Below are positions 25,983 to 38,631 of a stretch of 64,000 nucleotides of DNA, piece by piece. The notes beneath the pieces are model-generated. The model searched no databases. It was not told where the DNA came from and saw only the letters and a list, made by a program, of their open reading frames with translations. Each line of letters begins with the position of its first letter. Position 1 is the stretch's first letter. Made by a program: the position numbers and the translations under genes. This DNA comes from Octopus bimaculoides (lineage: Eukaryota), in NCBI RefSeq assembly GCF_001194135.2, contig NC_068983.1, positions 34,761,320-34,825,319 on the forward strand, given 5' to 3'.

Positions 25983-28900
25983 TAGGTAGCTAGATGCATA
26001 GATACGTATATGTACATTTATATGTATATACATACATATAAGCAGGCAAGTATACACACACACGCACACATACACATATCTATCTATCTATCTGTCTCTA
26101 TCTATTTATCNNNNNNNNNNNNNNNNNNNNNNNNNNNNNNNNNNNNNNNNNNNNNNNNNNNNNNNNNNNNNNNNNNNNNNNNNNNNNNNNNNNNNNNNNN
26201 NNNNNNNNNNNNNNNNNNNNNNNNNNNNNNNNNNNNNNNNNNNNNNNNNNNNNNNNNNNNNNNNNNNNNNNNNNNNNNNNNNNNNNNNNNNNNNNNNNNN
26301 NNNNNNNNNNNNNNNNNNNNNNNNNNNNNNNNNNNNNNNNNNNNNNNNNNNNNNNNNNNNNNNNNNNNNNNNNNNNNNNNNNNNNNNNNNNNNNNNNNNN
26401 NNNNNNNNNNNNNNNNNNNNNNNNNNNNNNNNNNNNNNNNNNNNNNNNNNNNNNNNNNNNNNNNNNNNNNNNNNNNNNNNNNNNNNNNNNNNNNNNNNNN
26501 NNNNNNNNNNNNNNNNNNNNNNNNNNNNNNNNNNNNNNNNNNNNNNNNNNNNNNNNNNNNNNNNNNNNNNNNNNNNNNNNNNNNNNNNNNNNNNNNNNNN
26601 NNNNNNNNNNNNNNNNNNNNNNNNNNNNNNNNNNNNNNNNNNNNNNNNNNNNNNNNNNNNNNNNNNNNNNNNNNNNNNNNNNNNNNNNNNNNNNNNNNNN
26701 NNNNNNNNNNNNNNNNNNNNNNNNNNNNNNNNNNNNNNNNNNNNNNNNNNNNNNNNNNNNNNNNNNNNNNNNNNNNNNNNNNNNNNNNNNNNNNNNNNNN
26801 NNNNNNNNNNNNNNNNATATATATATATATATATACATGAATATTTGCATGAATATATATAGATATACATACAGTTACACGTACAAGCACACATATATAC
26901 ATACATGCGTATACATAGATATATACATGCATCCATGCATTTATATACACTGGCATTACGTATACATATTTAAGTAGATACATACGCACATATATATAGA
27001 ATGACGGATGTATGTTTTGGCTAGCACCTCTTTATTCAATACTGCTATAAATTTAGAAAAGTTTGTTTTGTTGTTGTTTTTTCCTTGTCATGGCCAACCA
27101 TTTATTGGCAAATCTGATATTTTGTGCTTAATAAACGCGCAATGAACCGCTAAAATCATCTAAATGAAACTTCATACTGATCATCCGCTTGAATGAACAA
27201 TCAATCAACCGAGAATGTTGCACAAGGATGTTATTATAATTTATTTAATTATTGTTTTGTAAAAAGTAATTGTGGATCAACAGGCAACACTACTTATCTC
27301 CCCTGTCAGAGTAAATTTAAACGAGAAAAAGACTATTTGTCCTTTTGTGTTGGAGGCTAATATGTTGCCCTGAACAGCTCTAATGTATGCATGTATGTAT
27401 TATATATGTTTTTATGTATGTACGTACATATATATGTGTGTATATATGTATGAGTATGTATATATACATAGATATATATCCACACCCACACGCACAGACA
27501 CACAAAGGCACAAATACAGACACAAACACATACACAGGCACATACATATGTATGCTTTAGCCTAAATGTATGAATGTATATATTTATGTATGCACTTGTT
27601 GTTGTTCTTAAAATGAGACGTTAATTATATTTTTTGTAACAAAAACCTTAATCTATCATTTGTACTGTTAGAGCAACATATTAGCCTCCTACACGAAAGG
27701 AAAAAAATTGTCTTTTTCTCGTTTAAAATTGAAATGAAACGAAGAATTCATTATAGCATAGGCACAACACTTGAAAGTTACTTGACTGAAAAAAGGAATT
27801 GATCACATGGAGCTTTATATTTGAAATATATCTTATTTTATGGAATCTAGAGTTGACCTATGACTGACTTGAACTCAGTACCTAAGAACCACAACGAATA
27901 CCGCCATGCTTTATCCAAAACTCTAGTGTTCCTCTCAATGCAACATCCCCTGCAGTGTTCCATACATGTGGGATTGATTTGAACATCTAGCGGGGAATGG
28001 GCACAGTCTGTTATACCGAACATAATACGTCACTGTTAGTTTATTTTATAGATCTTAGAGAGGAAATGCAAGGTTATACACGGCGGGAATTGATTCTCTA
28101 CCTATCAAGACAATCCACTGAACCTTTGAGGAGTCAACAGTTAAAAAACAAAATAAAGCATGCAAATGATTATCCATTTAGTCAATCCCTGCCATATATT
28201 CAATGAATGCACTTGATCTTATATCGATGATTTTAACCATCAAGTTTCAAGAAATACTTTGCATTATTATCATATTAATCAAATTTTAAATTTATTTTGT
28301 TACATATACATCGGAAAGTATTACTTCTTCTTCCTGATTAAAAACAAAGTATTCAATAAATAACAGTTCTAAACAGAAATAAATCAGAAATACAGCTAAA
28401 CTGGTGAAGCACAATGACTAGCAATTTTCTTTCATTAATAACGGTGTTTTTATGTTTGTTTGTTGCTTTTGTTATTAATTCCTATTATATCTTAATGGGA
28501 CTTAACTTTGAGTCTAATATATGAAACTTGCGTCAGTTCCTGAAGTGATTTAATTTTTCTTTAACAATATATTATTGAAATCTTGTCATGCGGGAAATAC
28601 TCTAAGCAGCACACAATGTGTCCAGGAGCCATATTTATGTCGAAGTTTCTGTTAGTTTTTGAAACGCTTTCGCTTCATAGACACCAAAAATAACCTTTAC
28701 ACACACNNNNNNNNNNNNNNNNNNNNNNNNNNNNNNNNNNNNNNNNNNNNNNNNNNNNNNNNNNNNNNNNNNNNNNNNNNNNNNNNNNNNNNNNNNNNNN
28801 NNNNNNNNNNNNNNNNNNNNNNNNNNNNNNNNNNNNNNNNNNNNNNNNNNNNNNNNNNNNNNNNNNNNNNNNNNNNNNNNNNNNNNNNNNNNNNNNNNNN

Positions 28901-29924
28901 NNNNNNNNNNNNNNNNNNNNNNNNNNNNNNNNNNNNNNNNNNNNNNNNNNNNNNNNNNNNNNNNNNNNNNNNNNNNNNNNNNNNNNNNNNNNNNNNNNNN
29001 NNNNNNNNNNNNNNNNNNNNNNNNNNNNNNNNNNNNNNNNNNNNNNNNNNNNNNNNNNNNNNNNNNNNNNNNNNNNNNNNNNNNNNNNNNNNNNNNNNNN
29101 NNNNNNNNNNNNNNNNNNNNNNNNNNNNNNNNNNNNNNNNNNNNNNNNNNNNNNNNNNNNNNNNNNNNNNNNNNNNNNNNNNNNNNNNNNNNNNNNNNNN
29201 NNNNNNNNNNNNNNNNNNNNNNNNNNNNNNNNNNNNNNNNNNNNNNNNNNNNNNNNNNNNNNNNNNNNNNNNNNNNNNNNNNNNNNNNNNNNNNNNNNNN
29301 NNNNNNNNNNNNNNNNNNNNNNNNNNNNNNNNNNNNNNNNNNNNNNNNNNNNNNNNNNNNNNNNNNNNNNNNNNNNNNNNNNNNNNNNNNNNNNNNNNNN
29401 NNNNNNNNNNNNNNATATATATATATGTGTGTGTGTGTGTGGGTGTGGGTGTGTGTGTGTGTGTATATACATACATACATACATACATATATATGTATAT
29501 ATATATATATGTATATATATACATACATATATATATATGTGTGTGTGTCTATACACATATATTTATTTCTGTGCGTTTATGTGTGTGTGTTTAACATCTA
29601 ATATACACAGAATGCAAATTCGAGCAATTATTAGCATTACGTGTGACTATACGATGTTCGGACGAGCTTGTTTAGCGCTCCGTAATACTCGAAGCGACCT
29701 TTCAGACTCGTCTTACGGAAAGAGGAACATCACAGAAAGGACGGAAGATAGAAAAACAAGCTGGAATGAAAAATGAAAACGAAAAATTATGGGTTGCGTT
29801 CCTTCGAATTGTTCGATTACGAATTAATATAGATGGTCAAGCAGTGGTGGAGGGTAAATACAGACACAGACATAGATACAGTCAGATATACACACATACA
29901 TACATACATACATACATACATACA

Positions 29925-29957
<33 letters not shown>

Positions 29958-30469
29958 CAAACGTTAGACAGAGAAGGGAAAAATAGACGAAAACTGAGAC
30001 AAAATCACGATTCAAGGAAAGTCGCAGGTGAGTTTTTCACCAGTTGGTTTCCGAGACGTCTTAGTGGTTTCAAACTATTTAAAACCAAGACCACTGTTAT
30101 CAAAGGGACCGCTAGACCATAGCGCTACAGGAAAAGGCTGACGAATGTGTGCGAAGCCAAGACAAAATAACATTGCGTGTACAATAAGAAATATCAAAAA
30201 AATATAACAGACAAGGAATGGTACATATACAATAGAAAATGTTTTACGGCTGTACAATAGGTATCGGAGATAACTATACGTATGCAGTACTAAAACGATA
30301 TATCACAAATAGAAAAGGCGTTTTTGGCTATGAAGACAGACGTAGTGAGGTAGCGCAAAGAAATGGAAAAGTCCTTGATGGGCAGAACACAAACGTGTTT
30401 GGTTTGGTTAGCAGCAGGCCGAAAAGCAACGATGCGCTTTAACTGGACACCAGTCACGTGGTAGGAGAG

Positions 30470-31620
30470 AGGAAGATCCATAAGTTAACAGCAACGGGCG
30501 ATGATCTGTTTCTAATCGAAAACGTCTACAATGCATAAACTTGTGGAACTTCTTCATACCAAATATAATTGCCAATGCCTCTATTTCAATCTGGCTATAA
30601 TTTTTTTCTGGTGCCAATAGTACCCTTGACGTGTGAGCTATGGCGTTTCTATTGCCATCGTCACATTTGTGTAGGAGTATGGCTCCTGCCCCGTACCCAC
30701 TAGCATCTGTGGTCAGTATCGTTTCCAATTTTGGATTGAAGTGTGTTAGAGACAAGTCTGAAATTGATATACATTTTAACTACTCAAATGCCTTCTGGCA
30801 TTTTCTGACCAAAGCCATTTGGCATCCTTTTTCAACAGCACATTTAGTGGATCCCTTATGTTGTGTATATTTGAGATATATACTTGATACTAGCTCATCA
30901 AGCCTAGAAACGCATGTAGCACTTTGACGTTTGTTGGGAGAGGCATATTCCATATTGCTGTCGCCCTTGATGGGTCTGGTTTCGACCTCTTTTCATCAAT
31001 TACTTGACTCAAATATTTGATTTTTCTCATCAAAAATTCACACTTTTTCTCAGATAAATTAACGCGAATTCATTTATTTTTCCGAATACATTTTTAATAT
31101 ATTCAAAGTGTTGCTCCAGTGACTCGTTTGTCATCAAAATATCATCGATATATGCGATACCGAAGTCGCAATCATTTAACATTGCGTGCTGGAATATAGC
31201 AGGTGCCAATTTTACTCCAAAAGGAAGCCGCTTGAATTTATGTAATCCACGGTGTGTGTTGATCGTTAAAAGGTGAGCGCAATCTCCCTCTACTTGTATC
31301 TGTAGATAATCCTCCAGGAGGTCTAATTTCGAGAAAACTTTTCCTGTATTTAGTTTTGAAAACACATCTTCTGGTTTTGGTAATGAATAGTTGCGTTCAA
31401 CTAAACAGTCATTTAATCCTGTTGAGAAATCTGCACACACTCTTAGTTTATTATTCTTTTCATTTTTTTCGCATAAACCGTCGGTGTTGCCCAGTCTGAG
31501 TGGTCGATTTTCTCAATTATAGCTAGACTTTCCAGTCTTTGCAGCTCTTTGATGATCTGCTCTGTCACCGCAAATGGTACGTTCCGTTTGGCCTAAAAAC
31601 ACGTGTTGCATTTACTTTTA
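30470..31620 (-). pseudogene. Ty3/gypsy LTR-retrotransposon pol fragment (RT + RNase H)
   Basis: KRNVPFAVTEQIIKELQRLE...SDWATPTV...LRVCADFSTGLN...FSKLDL...RLPFGVKLAPAIFQ...IAYIDDIL, then TDASGYGAGAILLH...EKNYSQIEIEALAIIFG...ETDHRPLL. No LTRs seen. Confidence 0.93.
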
Positions 31621-32086
31621 CAGCAATCCTCGAAAAATCACAACATACAGAGAACAAGATGATAAAATAGCAAACGGGAAACTGAATAAAACAAAACAAA
31701 AGTAAGATTTTTAGCCGATTTCTTCCTCAGTCTCGTGCTTCTGTATATATNNNNNNNNNNNNNNNNNNNNNNNNNNNNNNNNNNNNNNNNNNNNNNNNNN
31801 NNNNNNNNNNNNNNNNNNNNNNNNNNNNNNNNNNNNNNNNNNNNNNNNNNNNNNNNNNNNNNNNNNNNNNNNNNNNNNNNNNNNNNNNNNNNNNNNNNNN
31901 NNNNNNNNNCGTCAGCTGCCTCTATTCTAACTAGACGTTTCGAGAGAGAGAAAGAGAGAGAGAAAGAGAGAAAGAAATAGAGAGAGTGAGAAAGAGGGGA
32001 GAGAGTGAGAAAGAGGGGAGAGAGAGAGAAAGAGGGGAGAGAGTGAGAAAGACGAGAGAGAGTGAGAAAGAGGGGAGAGAATAGAA

Positions 32087-32192
32087 TAAGAAGATGGTAA
32101 TTCATACTCTCAGATGAACTGATAACGTTTCCAATGCTTGTGAAACTGAGTTAAGTTTCTTGCCAGAAATTAATGAAGTGAGTATAGTGGAA
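32087..32192 (+). repeat. 106-bp exact duplicate of 32760-32865
   Basis: taagaagatggtaattc...gtgagtatagtggaa is identical at both places. Confidence 0.9.
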
Positions 32193-34299
32193 GAAACAGA
32201 GACACACACACACACTCATGATGCACACATTTATAAGACCATGAAAAAATTGAATAATGGAGGGTGAAGGGTGGTTTTTTTTTTTTTTNNNNNNNNNNCC
32301 ATGAAAAAATTGAATAATGGAGGGTGAAGGGTGGTTTTTTTTTTTTTTGTCCTGATGTGATATAAACTAATTGTTTAGTGTTTTTGTTTTGTGTGGCCCT
32401 GAAATATTTAGTGAATTAGAGATCATTGAGTCGTAAGGATCAGATTGTGACGCATGGTTCTTTTTCCCGAAATCAGCGATTGTCCTCCGCTTGTCCCAGC
32501 TACGTGGTCATATCCAGAGCCTTATTTTACAAAGACACTGAGCACATTTTGTTCCGCTGTTTTCTTCAAAAGAATAGGGAAATCGAAACGGATATAAAGC
32601 GAATGCCACTGTGTCATGGTATGATTTTAAGTATGATCTTATTCTAAATAACTTCCACTGTTTGTTCTTCCATAGCAAAGATGATTTAGATATCTTCTAT
32701 ATTCCGAAGAACCTATACGAACCGATGCATTGTAGTCGATAAATACATCTTCACAGGAGTAAGAAGATGGTAATTCATACTCTCAGATGAACTGATAACG
32801 TTTCCAATGCTTGTGAAACTGAGTTAAGTTTCTTGCCAGAAATTAATGAAGTGAGTATAGTGGAAATATACAAGCAGGAACAGAAATCAAAGCTCGACAT
32901 CCTGGGCTTGTTCACCAGACGGATATATTTCACGCTGAACACTCATCAATTCATACTTATATGATGTACATACTGACGGCACAAAATATCTCTATTTTTA
33001 GACGTCATGTCAGCATTGTGATATAGTACATAATATAAATCAGTGTATGTGATAACTTGCATCCAGAAAGAAGCGAAACCGTTCCTAATTTTGATTCTGT
33101 TGATGAAAATTTTTCAAGCTACATATTTTATAACCAGTCCCCTTAATGTAATTGTTGTGTTTGTTTATTTGCGTGTATTTATTTATCTGTATTTCGTTTA
33201 TTTATGTTTTATAAATTGACACAAATCTTGTTTTCAGGCGCAAACTGCGACTATGTAGCAACAGGTTTATTTTTCTTGGGTTTCTTAACATCATAAATGA
33301 AATTAAGTGGCTTCAAGAGGTTAAAATATGTCACAATTTCTGTTAAGTATTATTCTTTTGTTTTATGGCATTCAACTCTATTAACTCCAGCATTTAGTAA
33401 CAAAAATCGAGAAAAAATTTCCAAAAATTTCACGGATGCTCTTGCATGAAAAATCTTCCCTTCCTTTTTTTTTTTTTTTTTTTTCCTCAAATTGAAAATA
33501 ATTTAATTTGTTTTCCTTCGAAATTATTTTAATGAGGAAATTGTTCGAGGCCATATCCACGATATGCAATTGTAAGGGAACTGCGTTATTTATTTTCTTT
33601 TAATTTTCTTCATAAAATCCCCCAAAGACACAAATAGCAAAATCATTATTATCGGAAACAAAACACAGAAAAACTATTTTAGGAACTTTATTTATATTTA
33701 TATCATTTTTTTGCAAGCATTTTTTTTATTTTAAGGAAACTTAACACTTGAGATTCTTTTTAAATTGGAAAGAAAATTGAGAAAACATCTTTTCTCTTTA
33801 GGTAGAAAAAAAAGAGAGAAAATGTGATTGTATTTCTTAAATGTATTTAGAATCAATATATTTACACAATATTGATGCGTTGATGACCAGAGAGATTCCT
33901 TATTATTGTTGTGATGTAATATTTATTAGAAAAGAGACGGGATCGAACACTATAGGAACGCTATGTCACGCCTAAAATATTTTTTAAATCCTCGTTACCA
34001 CCTGGCCTTAGGTTGACATTAACGAAGTTCCCTCCGTTTAATGTATTCGTTCTACATCCCTGCCATGAGTTTCATCAAAACTATTAATACACAACCATTC
34101 ATTTTCCCAGAATACTATTAAAAAAACTAAAGAGAAATATACACATAAAAGTCTTCCTACTCTCCACACTGCCGTAGATTTCTTTGCAGCATATATTTCA
34201 CTCTTCAACCTTTACATCGTATTCTTCCCCGAAACGTAAGATTCTCAACTCCTGTCTCAAGTTCGTCTTTCCCTCCTTGCTGTCCAGGATACACTCCTT

Positions 34300-34620
34300 T
34301 TGCTAATATCATCTTCTAAAGTTGAGGCATATGATTATGGAGACTCAATTATCTTTGACACTCACCTCTCTTATCTAAATATTAGCCAAAACGAAATCTA
34401 TTTATTCTGGATCAAATTTTCCACCTTCATTCCTCTAGATAATACCAGCTGCCTTTATGCTCTCCTAATTGCTCGAACCACTAGCATCCCCTCTGCTGTG
34501 TATCCTTTTGCATAAAGACAGTGTCCCTCTTCTCAGCAGAGCTGAAGTGAGAGGTATGTCATCCTTCTCGGTGACTTCAACGATGACAAATTGTGGCTCT
34601 CACAATCCTCCCACGGCTAT
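34300..34620 (+). pseudogene. Possible LINE APE endonuclease fragment
   Basis: YVILLGDFNDDKLWLS contains the GDFN motif. Upstream EIYLFWIKFST..CLY resembles CR1/Jockey-group EN. Confidence 0.4.
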
Positions 34621-35493
34621 GTATTTACTTACTTGTACATGAGGTGCATTCACCTGTGAGGGATTGAGCCGGCTCCGGCCAACGAAATCACCACGTCGCT
34701 CATGAATGCTGACCAAATCCGACGGTCAATCTTAACGTGGCCCAAATTTCCAGGTTGCAAATTTGACAAACGTCCTCACTGTGAGAGCAGGTGCTACGGA
34801 CAGGGCAGACACTGTAGCCAAAGTCGTCAGTTGTCGTTATGGTGTAGAGTTTGTGATAGGAGTTTCAATGAGAATACAAGTGCATATGTGGTCCCTTGTC
34901 ACATGCATACACACGTTGGGATAGTCTGATCCGTAAAAGCTCATCTTGCCGTTGTTGTCAACCGTCACAGAGAATTCGCTGACCAAGACATCGCCAGTTA
35001 TCGGAGCAGACTTAGCCTCAGTTTAAAGCATATGGTACACATGCTGATTAACCGATAGCTGGAACTCTAATAGGTGCTACTGCTCTGTGTCAGAGTAGAC
35101 TTGCGCACAATAGTGCCTAAGATATAGTTCCATACTCCTCAAAACTCTTGAACTCGCGTACCAAATACCAGTTACAAGATAGAGTTTCAAGTCTTAATCT
35201 GGACTACCAAACTTATGGCACTGATGCAGAGACCGATTTTTTCCAGCTTCCAACACAGTACCTCAAACTATGTTATCACCTACAAACATCCTAGTTTCAC
35301 AGACTTTAACATGCAACATAATTCCTGCAACATCATTCTACGAAAGATGATTTCGTGAATCAAACAATCAAGTTCTCTTTCTCCTTCCTCCTCACACACA
35401 CACACACTCTCTCTCTTCCTAATTCTCTCTCTCTCTCTCACACACAATGTCTGTCTGTCTGACTCTCTTCCCATCTCTCTCTATTTATCTATC

Positions 35494-35568
<75 letters not shown>

Positions 35569-35650
35569 TGCAAATGATTTTTCGGACGTCTTGGAAATAA
35601 GAGAGTCACAAAATTTGCAGAACCCACTTGCCCTGTATCTAAAAGAACGG

Positions 35651-36134
35651 TACAGTAATTACTCACCACATCGTGGTTCACATATCATGCAGTCAGTACA
35701 TCGCGGATTTGTCTGGCAAATGTATGTAAATTTATATCGCGTGTTTCTGCGGCCGATACTTATTTATTTATTTATTTATTTTAATTTTAGATATTTCTGT
35801 GGGAAAATAAGCATTTTCACGCCTAAAAATTACTAAAGTTATAAATGAAAATGCAGTACACTACTGCACTCTATAACACATTAATTAAAATATATTAAAA
35901 GAAAATACGTAGTATACCGTAGATAAGCAAACAAAGAATCGCACATACCGTATGGAACACGAAACTCAGTTGACGAGTGTGGGGTGTTGTGTTGCATCTA
36001 TGATAAAATAAATATATACAAATTATATAAGAAAATAAATATATACAGTACAGTACGGTTTCTAATTCGCGGATACTCACCTATCGCAGGGGATCTTGGA
36101 ATGTAACACCCGCGATATTCGATGGTTTACTATA
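35651..36134. mobile_element. pogo/Tigger-like MITE (degenerate)
   Basis: Starts tacagtaattactcaccacatcgtggttcac and ends cctatcgcaggggatcttggaatgtaacacccgcgatattcgatggtttactata. This resembles Tigger-type termini with TA ends; the TIR match is only partial. Confidence 0.5.
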
Positions 36135-36183
36135 TTTGCACTTCAGCAGAGAAAGCCTTCATCTATGTTGCAGAATTTGCAAC

Positions 36184-36246
36184 TATGTAAAAAGCGGGAA
36201 TATTTTTGAGTCGCTCTCGCTCAAAAAAATTCCCGCTTTTTACATA
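36184..36246. repeat. Near-perfect 27-bp-arm hairpin (63 nt)
   Basis: tatgtaaaaagcgggaatatttttgag - tcgctctcg - ctcaaaaaaattcccgctttttacata, with one mismatch. Confidence 0.9.
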
Positions 36247-37049
36247 TATGTATAAGGTTAAACATTATTGTGTTTGCTATGTCGGATACATAAGGTGTTC
36301 GTTTTGGTAAGTTGAGGATTTTGTTTATTTTTATATATTTGTACCATCTATACTGATGATCGGAAGTTAGGTATTATTCTAATAATCGTGAAATCGTTCG
36401 ATATATAGTTGAGTTCGTTTTTAAAAGGTTGGTTATTTTACGAATTGCTTTTCCTCGCATTCGGTAAAAATGTGTTTATTATGGAAGTCTAGTGTGTGAC
36501 ATTATTCTGTAGTAATGCCCTTATATAAGTATATACATATATATATATANNNNNNNNNNNNNNNNNNNNNNNNNNNNNNNNNNNNNNNNNNNNNNNNNNN
36601 NNNNNNNNNNNNNNNNNNNNNNNNNNNNNNNNNNNNNNNNNNNNNNNNNNNNNNNNNNNNNNNNNNNNNNNNNNNNNNNNNNNNNNNNNNNNNNNNNNNN
36701 NNNNNNNNNNNNNNNAGAAAAACACGGAGAAAAAAAATTGAATAGTGTTCAGTCAACGGTCAATCATATATATATATACATTATATATATATATATATAT
36801 ATATATAGTGTTTTAGATTTGAGCTACTCTTAGTTTCATGCAATAACAATACAATAAACGGATAAGTATAACATGACATTGTTTCCAAGCAATTTTTTCA
36901 GTATAAAATATGCCACATCGTTGTGTGTGTCTAAGAAAACGAGAAATGGCGATTCTACAAAACATAACACACACACAAACGAGAAATGATTCATGATTTT
37001 GAGAAAAGGCGAGAAAGGGGGAGATGGAGTCAAAAGTAAAAACGTGGAA

Positions 37050-37051
37050 TG

Positions 37052-37110
<59 letters not shown>

Positions 37111-37114
37111 AATA

Positions 37115-37150
<36 letters not shown>

Positions 37151-37160
37151 GAAGAAAGAG
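37050..37160. repeat. (AAAG)n microsatellite
   Basis: Directly visible. Confidence 0.95.
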
Positions 37161-38280
37161 AAGAGAAAAAAGAAAAAGTAAAAGACAATGAAATGTTACG
37201 GCCTTTTGACTGTTCAAATCAGAATTAATATGATCGGAATATATTAATTCAACGGTGAGAATGCCAAAGTCCGAGAGACTGCATACCTGATTTTGAGAGG
37301 TAGGTGCCTTCCAGTTCGAACGGGCAAACGTATGTAACGCTTTATTTTCTTTCTATTTTCTTCTTTCTAACAAAAGCCGAATGATCTTTAGTTGACTGAT
37401 ACTCCCAGCACAATTTATATCGTATAGCGAGATAGAAACTAAAAGAGAGAATTAACATACGAGGTGCATAACGAGTGCATATGCTAAGCTTGGAGGTAGG
37501 CAATGAGTATAGGAACGCTACACGCATACAATGAGAAAAGGAATTCTGGAGACAGGAACGAAGAAGGAGTAAATGTCAAAGTAGTTACGGGGGAAATAAA
37601 GTGAGCGGAATTGCGGATAAATACGTACTCACATACTTTCATGTGAAACAAGAGATGAGAGTTGCTGGCTGTGAGAGACTGACATTAAAAGTAACATTCT
37701 AAATAGCATACATACACCCATGCATTTGCATAAAGTTGTCATAACATGATATACACATTATTGGGAAAAGGCAGAAAAATCATTGTTATTTTATTTCAGC
37801 GTTTATATTCAAAATGGAGAAAAAATCGGATTGAAATTTCTTTCCGTGTTGAATTCAAACTATAGGAATTAACGCACGCTGGTGTGCGTATGCATTCATC
37901 ATCACTCCTTAATTTCTGTATTTCTTTCACTCTCCCTACCTCACACACATACAAGCACACTAATACAACCAGCTCAAACATTCGTGCACACGTTATTATG
38001 GCTGTTTTAGGGGGGAAAATAGTGTTCTTTTGCATTAGAATCATGTAACTTCGAGATTAAAAGATAAATAAAATGAAGTTATGAATATAAATATAATAAT
38101 TGTGTTTCAACCTGCCACGAAAATCGTATGAGTAGACGCAGGAAATTGCTCATGACGTAAAAGATTGGTTCCACACTCGTTGTTACATGAAAGCTTCGAC
38201 AAATATCATTGAAGAATGAGGGAACGGAACTCTTTTTATATCACCTGAATTTCTTAAACAATGTGAGGTATCCTCCGAGT

Positions 38281-38375
38281 CATTATTTACATTATTTACA
38301 TTGGATATATGGCGTAGTGGTTAAGAACGCGGGCTACTAACACCAAGATTCCGAGTTCGATTCCAAATTGTGACT

Positions 38376-38421
<46 letters not shown>

Positions 38422-38631
38422 TAATAATAATAATAATAATAACAACAACATCGAAAAATATCTTAGGAATGAGAATCCAGATTCGAAATTTCCCCAAGAC
38501 ACCTGTTGAAGGCTGGAGGGTTTATCAGCCCAAACGTTGTGTTAACAACAAACAAGATGAGGACCAATATCCGTCAATTCTAAATAATGTAAACAATGTA
38601 CATAATTCCTTATCTCTTAAATATAGAACTG
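38281..38631 (+). mobile_element. tRNA-headed, (AAT)n-containing SINE with Penelope-type hammerhead tail, plus short inverted 5' segment
   Basis: A-box tggcgtagtgg (~38310-38320), B-box gttcgattcc (38355-38364), (AAT)n, then a tail with a hammerhead-like motif. 38281-38308 is an inverted piece of its own 3' tail. The unit is flanked by ctccgagt at 38273-38280 and 38632-38639. Confidence 0.8.
38498..38543 (+). ncRNA. Minimal type I hammerhead ribozyme, mutated core
   Basis: gacac-CTGTTGA-a-ggctg..cagcc-CAAACGTT-gtgtt. A6>T and G12>C relative to the consensus. Confidence 0.6.

Noticed and set aside
30020-30440. Possible piggyBac transposase remnant (FFTS...KGTARP; KKWKSP)
   Set aside because: Only scattered short resemblances across frames; too weak to call without a search.
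32238-32348. ~50-bp direct repeat around a 10-N gap (similar case at ~25330-25388)
   Set aside because: Typical unmerged contig overlap in scaffolding, not biological.
38306-38375. tRNA gene call for the SINE heads (also 49510-49580, 61615-61688, 750-817)
   Set aside because: A/B boxes are present but acceptor stems do not close, and each continues into a SINE body.
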